A DNA stretch of 64,000 nucleotides from Candidatus Poribacteria bacterium (lineage in GTDB: Bacteria; Poribacteria; WGA-4E; PCPOR2b): the NCBI GenBank assembly GCA_965116925.1, contig OZ220744.1:5472001-5536000 (forward strand), in the 5' to 3' direction. Both the position numbers and the translations under genes were made by a program. A model generated the notes under the pieces. That model was not told where the DNA came from. It saw only the letters and a list, made by a program, of their open reading frames with translations, and did not search any database. Below, piece by piece: positions 56,749 through 64,000 of this stretch (positions within the stretch are counted from its first letter, which is position 1; every line of letters starts with the position of its first letter).

Positions 56749-58080
56749 CTAAATCCCACCGACAAAACGCCCTACATTCAACAAGCCGATCGGATCCAGC
56801 TTGGTTTTGATTGCTTTCATCAGTTCAAAGCTACGGCCGATCGGTCCCCAGACATCAATTTGACGTTTGAGCGCCGTTGGTGCGGACTCAACAATTAGGT
56901 TTCCACCAACATTCGCAGCAGCGTCGCGCAGATTTGCGATAGTGTCCGCTACATGCTGCACCGGCATCTCACCGTTGGGAAAGTCTGAGAAGATGATATA
57001 GACAACGCCATTTCCCATTAATCCCGTCGCTCGTACCCGCCAAGAGGATGGATCATTCATCTCTAAGACGGTCTTAATGAAGTCTCCAACATCGGTCATA
57101 CGGAGATTCGCTCGACAGATGACGGTCGCAGCAACCGATCCGTTCTCTGGAAAGGCGCACATTGACGCCCGGAGTTCCCGCTGCCGCTGCCCTTCATACA
57201 CTCCCACACCGATAGCCCCGCTTTGTTGCGCTATTGTCTTAACAGAATCAATTTGCCATTCAACAGTTTCGGGATGTCCGTCCAGTCCAATCAAGAGGCA
57301 GGGTTCAGACCTGTCGGTGAGCGGTGCACCATTAACAAATAGGTTAAAAAAAGTGGGCAGCAGTTGCGAACCTGATATTTCTGAGGCAACATTCACCGCC
57401 TCCCCAATGTCGGCAAAAGTTAATAAAATATTACGCTCAATTTCTGGTAACGGTTGCAGCTTGAGCGAAACTTCCGTTATAACCCCCAGTGTGCCGAACG
57501 ATCCAAGGTATAACTTATTGAGATCATATCCGGCTACATTTTTGACAACCTTGCCACCGCTCTTAACAACGGTTCCGCTTGATTGGACAACCCGCATTCC
57601 GAGGACAAGATCTCGAGCACTGCCAAATCGAAACCGCGAGGGCCCGCTGGCGTTTGTTGCGGTTATTCCACCAATTGTGCATCGATCAGCGTAAGGCGGA
57701 TCGAGTGAGAAGTATTGCCCATGTTCAGCCAACTTGGCTTGGAGCACCGCGAGCCGAATTCCTGCCTCCACCGTTACCGTCAGGTCGGCGGGCTCATATT
57801 CCAGCACTTGGTCCAACCTTGACGTTGACAGGATCAAATCGACCCCCTCTGGCGGATTGCCAACCCCTAATTTGGTTCCACTTCCCGCGGGGATAACCGA
57901 CAAGCCACTATCCGCGGCATAGCCCAATACCTCTTGAATTTCATGGACTGACGCAGGTAAAACGACGGCTTGAGGACCAATGCCGTCAATTGCATAACGA
58001 TTTAGTTGATCATTAGGAAGCAACCCCGCTTCGCCGACAATTTGAACTATATCTTCGTATAATTGATTTGACTTAGACAT
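56749..58080 (-). CDS. glcE: FAD-binding oxidase, glycolate oxidase subunit GlcE
   Basis: YEPADLTVTVEAG and GGKVVKNVAGYDL.KL..GS.GTLG motifs. Confidence 0.85.
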   Translation of the reverse strand: MSKSNQLYEDIVQIVGEAGLLPNDQLNRYAIDGIGPQAVVLPASVHEIQEVLGYAADSGLSVIPAGSGTKLGVGNPPEGVDLILSTSRLDQVLEYEPADLTVTVEAGIRLAVLQAKLAEHGQYFSLDPPYADRCTIGGITATNASGPSRFRFGSARDLVLGMRVVQSSGTVVKSGGKVVKNVAGYDLNKLYLGSFGTLGVITEVSLKLQPLPEIERNILLTFADIGEAVNVASEISGSQLLPTFFNLFVNGAPLTDRSEPCLLIGLDGHPETVEWQIDSVKTIAQQSGAIGVGVYEGQRQRELRASMCAFPENGSVAATVICRANLRMTDVGDFIKTVLEMNDPSSWRVRATGLMGNGVVYIIFSDFPNGEMPVQHVADTIANLRDAAANVGGNLIVESAPTALKRQIDVWGPIGRSFELMKAIKTKLDPIGLLNVGRFVGGI

Positions 58081-58089
58081 ATCGATAAG

Positions 58090-58788
58090 TTACTCAACCC
58101 CAAAGCTATCAAATTTGACAATGGCGGGGCTGCTATCTCCGTGTTGGGATTTTCCATACACGCCCACTTTACCCGGTCTAAGCGATCGTTCGTGAAAGCG
58201 TCCGATATTCTCACCGTTGATTGAGAGCGTCACATTTTGACCGACTTGACGTGCGGAAAGCTTGATTGGGGTATCCTTTTGAAAGGTTATTTCGCGTGTG
58301 CGAATATCCGGCGCACGCATACTCCTTCCACCGATATGCCCCTCGATTCCCACGCTACATTTCTTGCCGAACGGGTCTGCACCCGCCGGACGGTATACAT
58401 AGAATAGGATTTGTGCACTTTTACCTCGGACAGCGAAAGCGATACCGACCGATTCACCGACATTTGGCGGCATCACTTCAGCGGTCACGGTGTATTCTTT
58501 CATCGCAGCACTTTCGACGGATGATAACAGGAGCGTATCCTCTTGCCCGGCTTGTAGGTGTAACATTCCCCCTTCAATTTTATGGGGTGCTTCGACTGCA
58601 AACAGAGATCCATCTGACTGATCGAAGGCGTCCATCTTGGGACCCGTGGCGGGCATCGCTTCCGCTTCGGTTGACTCAGTCATCGCGGGTTGGGCTGCTT
58701 CCGGTGTGCTAGCTGGAGGGGCACACCCAATTCCGATTGCTACAATTGCAACAGTGACCAATTGTAAGACTTGGCTCCAGTATTTCAT
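58090..58788 (-). CDS. Lipoprotein with beta-sandwich (ConA/DUF1080-like) domain
   Basis: SD GGAGG, lipobox-like IGIGC, Pro/Ala/Glu linker and a beta-rich domain ending GKVGVYG...FDSF.V. Confidence 0.6.
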   Translation of the reverse strand: MKYWSQVLQLVTVAIVAIGIGCAPPASTPEAAQPAMTESTEAEAMPATGPKMDAFDQSDGSLFAVEAPHKIEGGMLHLQAGQEDTLLLSSVESAAMKEYTVTAEVMPPNVGESVGIAFAVRGKSAQILFYVYRPAGADPFGKKCSVGIEGHIGGRSMRAPDIRTREITFQKDTPIKLSARQVGQNVTLSINGENIGRFHERSLRPGKVGVYGKSQHGDSSPAIVKFDSFGVE

Positions 58789-58809
58789 AATACCTCCTCT
58801 ATCTGTGCA

Positions 58810-58920
58810 AATATCGCTCCGCTGGGGCTTTAGCTGCTCTGCTTCACACATTGCGCTCCTCTGGAGCGCGAGCATCAGAGGAATCGACATTCTATAGACA
58901 TATCGCTCCTCTGGAGCGAA
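58810..58920. repeat. Three copies of a CGCTCC(T/G)CTGG(A/G)GC palindromic REP unit
   Basis: Copies near 58810, 58848 and 58898; a related copy lies at 17248-17268. Confidence 0.7.
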
Positions 58921-59013
58921 AGTCAGAGCACATAAACTTTACAGACAATAGCGAATTTTCAATAGCAGCTTGGAATATCATAACAAGTAATATGCTTGTT
59001 ACCTTTTCAACCG

Positions 59014-60423
59014 TTATAGCCCAAGTTTGGCGTACGATTCGGCGGTTGGGAATATTTTTCCGGGGTTACACAACCCTGATGGATTGAAGATGTCTTTAAC
59101 GATTGCCATCACCGCCAGATCTTCAGGACTGAAAATCAACGGCATATAATCCATCTTCTCAACCCCGATACCGTGTTCGCCAGTTATCGTCCCACCAGCT
59201 TCCGCACATGCGCTGAGAATCTCCATGTTCACCGCTTCGACCCGCTCACATTGATCTGCGTCGCGTTCATCAAACAGGACGATCGGGTGAATATTTCCAT
59301 CGCCAGCGTGAAATACATTTGCGATAGGAATGTCGTACTTCTCAGAAATTTCTGCGATTCGTCTGAGGACTTTGGGGAGCTGTGTGCGAGGCACTACCCC
59401 ATCTTGTGTGATATAGTTGGGCGCGAGTCGCCCAAACGATCCGAAAGCACTTTTACGCGATTTCCAGATTTGCTGCCGATCCGCCTCATCTTTGGCGTAG
59501 CGGGTTTCGCGGCAGTTGTTCTCATTGAAGATTTTGGTTATCTGCTCTGCTTGCTGCGGCATCCCAGCTGTTATGCCATCTAGTTCAACGATGAGAACAG
59601 CACCAGCGTCCAGCGGGAATCCCCAATGGAATGCCTCCTCGACCGCTCTGATAACAAAGTGGTCCATCATCTCCAGCGCAGCGGGAATGATGCCTTCCGC
59701 AATGATACTGGACACCACGTTAGATGCATCGTCGATCGTTTCAAAGACGCCGAGTAGAGTTTGGTAACCTTCCGGTTTGCGTAAGAGCCGGACGATCGCT
59801 TTTGTCACGATACCGAAGGTGCCCTCTGATCCGATCATGACGCCCCGAATGTCGTAGCCGGGTGTTTCTTCAATGGCACCGCCGAACTCGACAATCTCCC
59901 CGTCAGTCAACACCACCTCTAGCCCCAGAACGTGATTCGAGGTGACGCCATATTTGAGTGTGTGGGGACCACCGGAGTTTTCAGCGATGTTCCCGCCGAT
60001 GCTACAAGCCTGTTGACTAGAGGGGTCAGGTGCATAGTAGTATCCATCATCTTGAACGGCTTGCGTCAGCCAAAGGTTTACAACCCCCGGCTCTACAACT
60101 GCCTGTTGGTTCGCTATATCGATCTCAAGGATACGATTCATTCGGTTTAGCGCAATAATGATGCCACCGTTGACAGTCAACATGCCGCCACTCAAGCCGG
60201 TCCCCGCGCCCCGTGCAACGAAGGGAACGTTGTGCTTGTTTGCTACCTTGACAATCGCTGAAATCTCTTGTGGGGTTGTCGGAAAAACGACAACATCGGG
60301 CAGTGCTTTGAACACGGTTGCCCCGTCGCATTCATAGACGGAAAGCGAAGTGGGATCGGTGATTACATGCTCCGATCCAACGATATTTGCAAGTTCGGAA
60401 ATGAGTGGATCGTTTTCCTTCAT
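59014..60423 (-). CDS. glcD: Glycolate oxidase subunit GlcD (FAD-linked oxidase)
   Basis: RGAGTGLSGG, YAPDPSSQ, GSEGTFG, FHAGDGNIHP, GEHGIG.EK and NPGKIFP motifs. Confidence 0.92.
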   Translation of the reverse strand: MKENDPLISELANIVGSEHVITDPTSLSVYECDGATVFKALPDVVVFPTTPQEISAIVKVANKHNVPFVARGAGTGLSGGMLTVNGGIIIALNRMNRILEIDIANQQAVVEPGVVNLWLTQAVQDDGYYYAPDPSSQQACSIGGNIAENSGGPHTLKYGVTSNHVLGLEVVLTDGEIVEFGGAIEETPGYDIRGVMIGSEGTFGIVTKAIVRLLRKPEGYQTLLGVFETIDDASNVVSSIIAEGIIPAALEMMDHFVIRAVEEAFHWGFPLDAGAVLIVELDGITAGMPQQAEQITKIFNENNCRETRYAKDEADRQQIWKSRKSAFGSFGRLAPNYITQDGVVPRTQLPKVLRRIAEISEKYDIPIANVFHAGDGNIHPIVLFDERDADQCERVEAVNMEILSACAEAGGTITGEHGIGVEKMDYMPLIFSPEDLAVMAIVKDIFNPSGLCNPGKIFPTAESYAKLGL

Positions 60424-60523
60424 TGGGTAGACCTCCTATCTGAAGCATTAAGAAGGATTGGGAGAAGAGTACGCTACAGGCCTTACGCAAATTTAGCACA
60501 CGAGGGATAGATTTTTGATTTTT

Positions 60524-60572
60524 AACCCCCTAAATCCCCCAACCCCCTATATCCCCCTTGTCAGGGGGACTT
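60524..60572. repeat. Tandem AACCCCCTA(A/T)ATCCCCC units ending in a TCCCCC/GGGGGA hairpin
   Basis: Two 17-bp near-identical units followed by TTGTCAGGGGGAC. Confidence 0.55.
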
Positions 60573-60596
60573 ATGAACGCGCTGCGTAAGTCTCAT

Positions 60597-61553
60597 CTAA
60601 ATAATTTTCAATTCGTCATCTGAATCTTGGTCCCCGAGTTCTTCCACAAGTTGGGTGGCTATATGGTGGAACGCTTGGGATTGTGGCGAGTCGGGCTGAG
60701 ATGCAACGATGGGCACGCCGAGATCGCCGGCGGTACAGACTTCGGCATCAAGGGGAATCTCACCCAAGAATCGGGTTCCCAGTTTTTCACTGGTCTTGAC
60801 TCCGCCATCCCTTCGGAAGATGTCCGTCCTTTCCCCGCAGTGGGGACACGCAAAATAGCTCATGTTTTCGACCACGCCCAGAATTGGCACACCCAATTTA
60901 TCAAACATAGCCGCACCACGCCGGACATCAGCGAGTGCGACATCCTGCGGTGTCGTCACAATTAGACCACCCGTCAGCGGAATCGACTGCGTTAGAGAGA
61001 GTGCGACATCCCCGGTGCCGGGTGGCAAGTCGATGATGAGGTAGTCGAGTTCACCCCAAATTACATCACCCAGAAATTGACGAACTGCGCTGTGTAGCAT
61101 GGGTCCTCGCCAAATCAACGCCTGCTCATCGGGAACAAGGAAGCCGATGGACATCAGTTTGATGCCGTGTCGGACGATTGGGATGAGTTTCTTTTCTGGA
61201 CTGGTCTGTGGCTGCTCCTTTGCCCCCATCATGGTGGGAATGCTGGGGCCGTAGGCGTCTGCATCCATCAGTCCGACTTGCGCCCCGTTTTGCGCTAACG
61301 CGATTGCCAGATTGGTGGCAACGGTTGATTTGCCAACACCGCCCTTTCCACTCGCCACAGCAATCTTGGATTTAACGTTTGGGATGAGGATATTTTGTGG
61401 CTGCCCTTGGGGGGGCATCCCCATCTGTGGAGCGGTGGGCCTGCCAGCCGGTGCTGCATCTGCCATTTTGAGCTCTGGATGGCCCGCCATGCGTGGCTTG
61501 GCTGACTCTGGATTTTTTGGTTCTGTTTTCTTGTCTTTTTTGAACAAGTTCAT
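60597..61553 (-). CDS. mrp: Mrp/NBP35 (ApbC) Fe-S cluster carrier ATPase
   Basis: [25 protein letters not shown] and ENMS.F.CPHC motifs. Confidence 0.93.
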   Translation of the reverse strand: MNLFKKDKKTEPKNPESAKPRMAGHPELKMADAAPAGRPTAPQMGMPPQGQPQNILIPNVKSKIAVASGKGGVGKSTVATNLAIALAQNGAQVGLMDADAYGPSIPTMMGAKEQPQTSPEKKLIPIVRHGIKLMSIGFLVPDEQALIWRGPMLHSAVRQFLGDVIWGELDYLIIDLPPGTGDVALSLTQSIPLTGGLIVTTPQDVALADVRRGAAMFDKLGVPILGVVENMSYFACPHCGERTDIFRRDGGVKTSEKLGTRFLGEIPLDAEVCTAGDLGVPIVASQPDSPQSQAFHHIATQLVEELGDQDSDDELKII

Positions 61554-62770
61554 GAAGTTTCTCCATTTTGTGGTATTGCTGTTTGATAGTTGCCACTCTG
61601 CATCATTTCATAGAGAGGCGATAATTCACGTAACCGGGCGACTTGTGCTGCGACACGCTCAACAACCGTGGCAACCTCCGCTACTGTGTTGTAGCGTCCC
61701 AATCCAAACCGGATGGCACCTAGGGCAAGTTCGTCTCTAACACCCATCGCCCGCAAGACATAGGAGGGTTCAACAGAATCGGAGTTGCAGGCGGATCCCG
61801 ATGAAAGTGCTATCTCTTTCAAGCCTGATAGTATCGACTGGCTTTCGACAAACTCAAAGCTAAGGTTAAGGTTGCCGGGGACGCGTTGTGTCGGGTGTCC
61901 GTTGAGGTAGACTCGATCGATCCGTTTAGATAATTCGTGATAGAGCTGCTCTCGTAACGCAGCGATCCGATTCACTTCTTCCGCCATCTCCTGCTTGCAT
62001 AACTCGCAGGCTGCTCCGAAACCGACGATGGCGGGGACGTTGAGCGTCCCCGATCTGATGTTATTTTCTTGACCGCCGCCGTGTAGCAGTGGATACAACT
62101 GGATCGGTGGGTTTTTCTTGCGGACGTAGAGGACACCGATTCCTTTGGGACCGTACATTTTGTGGGCGGTAAAGGACATTAGATCCACTTTTAGTTTGGC
62201 GACATCGGATTCAATTTTGCCGATCCCTTGCGTCGCATCGGAATGGAAAAGTATACCATATTTCTCTGCGATTTCGCCCACTTCTGTAATGGGGTTGATT
62301 GTTCCGACTTCGCCGTTGACGTAGATGAGGCTGATTAGTACAGTCTGGTCTGTGATAGCGTCTTCGACCTGCTGCGGCTGAACCATCCCGTACTTGTCCA
62401 CGGGGAGGTAGGTTACATCAAACCCTGATTCCTCCAACGCCTCGCATGAATCCAAAACTGCGTGGTGTTCGACGGTGCTGGTAATGATATGATTTCCACG
62501 ATCTTTATATTGATAGGCGATCCCCTTGACCGCGAGGTTATCCGATTCCGTCGCGCCACTGGTGAATATAATCTCCTCCACTGAACAACCGATCAGATCT
62601 GCGACCTGATCGCGTGCGATGTCCACCGCATCCTTCGCATACTCCCCGAATAGATGTGTGCTGCTAGCAGCGTTCCCGAAATGGTTCGTCAGGTATGGCA
62701 TCATCGCCTCCAGCACCCGTGGGTCGAGGGGGGTGGTGGCGTGGTTATCCATGTAGATTGGTTGTGTCAT
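61550..62770 (-). CDS. iscS: Cysteine desulfurase
   Basis: [25 protein letters not shown] and SSGSAC motifs. Confidence 0.93.
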   Translation of the reverse strand: MTQPIYMDNHATTPLDPRVLEAMMPYLTNHFGNAASSTHLFGEYAKDAVDIARDQVADLIGCSVEEIIFTSGATESDNLAVKGIAYQYKDRGNHIITSTVEHHAVLDSCEALEESGFDVTYLPVDKYGMVQPQQVEDAITDQTVLISLIYVNGEVGTINPITEVGEIAEKYGILFHSDATQGIGKIESDVAKLKVDLMSFTAHKMYGPKGIGVLYVRKKNPPIQLYPLLHGGGQENNIRSGTLNVPAIVGFGAACELCKQEMAEEVNRIAALREQLYHELSKRIDRVYLNGHPTQRVPGNLNLSFEFVESQSILSGLKEIALSSGSACNSDSVEPSYVLRAMGVRDELALGAIRFGLGRYNTVAEVATVVERVAAQVARLRELSPLYEMMQSGNYQTAIPQNGETS

Positions 62771-62901
62771 CGCGGATCACCTCTATTGTTCCTATGCTTT
62801 ACAAACCTTCAAGATCCGTATTAAAAGAAAGGGCAAAATGCTAAAATCGTGAAACGTGAAAACAATCTGTTGATTGGTCCGGGCAGGCTAGGGAGCCCAA
62901 C

Positions 62902-64000
62902 TTATGCGGTAATCAAAAGGGGCAACCTATGAATGATATTCCCAAGGTATCCCTTCGGATTCCACGGTTGACTGAAGGGTTGGGCGTTCCCTTTATCGTC
63001 AAACGCTTGCGCCCATATTTCGTAGTATCCTTTGTTACCGAAGGTGATTTCAGTTTCCCAATGATACCAAGCGTACCGATTCGCCGGTTGGATTAATCGG
63101 GTCTCTTGCCACCGGATACCGAAATCTGTGGAGATGTAGACCTTATTGACCTTGTTCTCTCCTGCCCAAGCGTGACCTCTTACCTTAACAGGTGTACCTA
63201 TTTTGACGGCAGTTTTCGATTGAGGTTTGGTGATGAGTGATTTAACCTTTCCTGACGTGGCGATTATCATCTCATTTTTCGGGGGTTTACTCCCCGGCAC
63301 CGGTGGATGCGTCGGTATGCGATAAGAATATCCGCTCATTTTTTCTGAGTCGTGAACTCGATCTCTGACCCAAATACGGTTGAGCCATTTCTGCATTGAG
63401 CTGCCGATCCAACCCGACACAATCAGTCTCGCGGGGAATCCGTGCGCTGCGGGCAGATCTTCTCCATTCATCTTGAAAGCGATTAGCGTATGCTCGTCCA
63501 TTGCCTTTTCAATCGGAATGCCTCGCGAAAATTGTTCCCCTGAACCGATTGGTAGGTCTTCACCGTAGTTGCCGGTATAGACAGCGGTCTCTTTTAAGCC
63601 TGCGGCTTTCAAGACATCGTGCAGGCGCACCCCAGTCCATTCGCTACAGCCAACTGCACCGCGAATCCACGGCGTTCCATCAACTTTCGGTGTGAACAGG
63701 CTTCTGCCGTTTCCCGCACATTCCACCACTACTTGCATAGTCACTTGCGGGAAACGGATTAGGTCATCCATCGAGAGCGTGAGTTTTTTGTGAACTTCAC
63801 CGTCAATCGTCAATTTCCAACCGTGTAGGTCGCCGCTTTTGGCGCGTTCTGGGATGCTGCTGTTATTGCGGACGAAATGTCGGGCGGCGGGGGTCACATC
63901 ATCGTTTAGTAGATGTGGGGCGAACTCACCGTTAAAGGGTTGCTCTGAGTGGACGATCATATCCGGCTTTGGGAGTAGATCTTGTTCGGTCTCTCCCCAC
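62902..64000 (-). CDS. Sulfite oxidase family molybdoenzyme, N-terminus beyond window
   Basis: FVRN, ECAGNGR, WTGV.L, HGFPARL...GW.G...KW motifs and dimerisation domain. Frame stays open past 63960 to the window edge. Confidence 0.9.
   Translation of the reverse strand, partial: WGETEQDLLPKPDMIVHSEQPFNGEFAPHLLNDDVTPAARHFVRNNSSIPERAKSGDLHGWKLTIDGEVHKKLTLSMDDLIRFPQVTMQVVVECAGNGRSLFTPKVDGTPWIRGAVGCSEWTGVRLHDVLKAAGLKETAVYTGNYGEDLPIGSGEQFSRGIPIEKAMDEHTLIAFKMNGEDLPAAHGFPARLIVSGWIGSSMQKWLNRIWVRDRVHDSEKMSGYSYRIPTHPPVPGSKPPKNEMIIATSGKVKSLITKPQSKTAVKIGTPVKVRGHAWAGENKVNKVYISTDFGIRWQETRLIQPANRYAWYHWETEITFGNKGYYEIWAQAFDDKGNAQPFSQPWNPKGYLGNIIHRLPLLITA

Noticed and set aside
57077..57694. Long antisense ORFs (this 205-aa ORF; also 11412-11933, 14424-14915, 39114-39656)
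   Set aside because: They are shadows of well-supported genes on the opposite strand, with no motifs or RBS.
58810..58920. Mini CRISPR array
   Set aside because: The units are short, degenerate palindromes with uneven spacing, a dispersed copy lies at 17248, and there are no cas genes. REP-like instead.

Overview
Bacterial chromosomal window containing mostly housekeeping and sugar or sugar-acid catabolic genes. The source is most likely Candidatus Poribacteria or a relative; this is inferred from the 'LLQNFPNPFNPETWIPYQL' C-terminal domain, the PhyH, Gfo/Idh/MocA and enolase paralogs, and the FG-GAP, TPR and YCF48 repeat proteins. Recognisable genes include degP, lgt, ino1, pyrE, ymdB, xseAB, dxs, tlyA, thiO, trpC, rtcB, dgoD, dsbD, glcD/glcE, mrp and iscS. 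Mobile and selfish DNA comprises an intact ISAs1 with a 10-bp target duplication, an IS630 with an A9 -1 frameshift, a 102-bp IS630-type MITE, a 510-aa LAGLIDADG intein in RtcB, HigBA, a fused MNT-HEPN toxin-antitoxin gene, an orphan DNA methyltransferase and several REP-like palindrome families. Two observations stand out. (1) An exported thioredoxin-like selenoprotein that the ORF track splits in two: an in-frame UGA forms W-U-G-S-C, a SECIS-like hairpin follows, and the gene lies directly upstream of dsbD. (2) A roughly 580-nt, highly structured minus-strand RNA region with no credible ORF, upstream of an RRM RNA-binding protein gene. A PorX-like REC-PglZ protein with Asn at its phosphoacceptor position is also notable. 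No tRNA, rRNA or CRISPR array was seen. All calls come from reading the sequence; no database searches were run.
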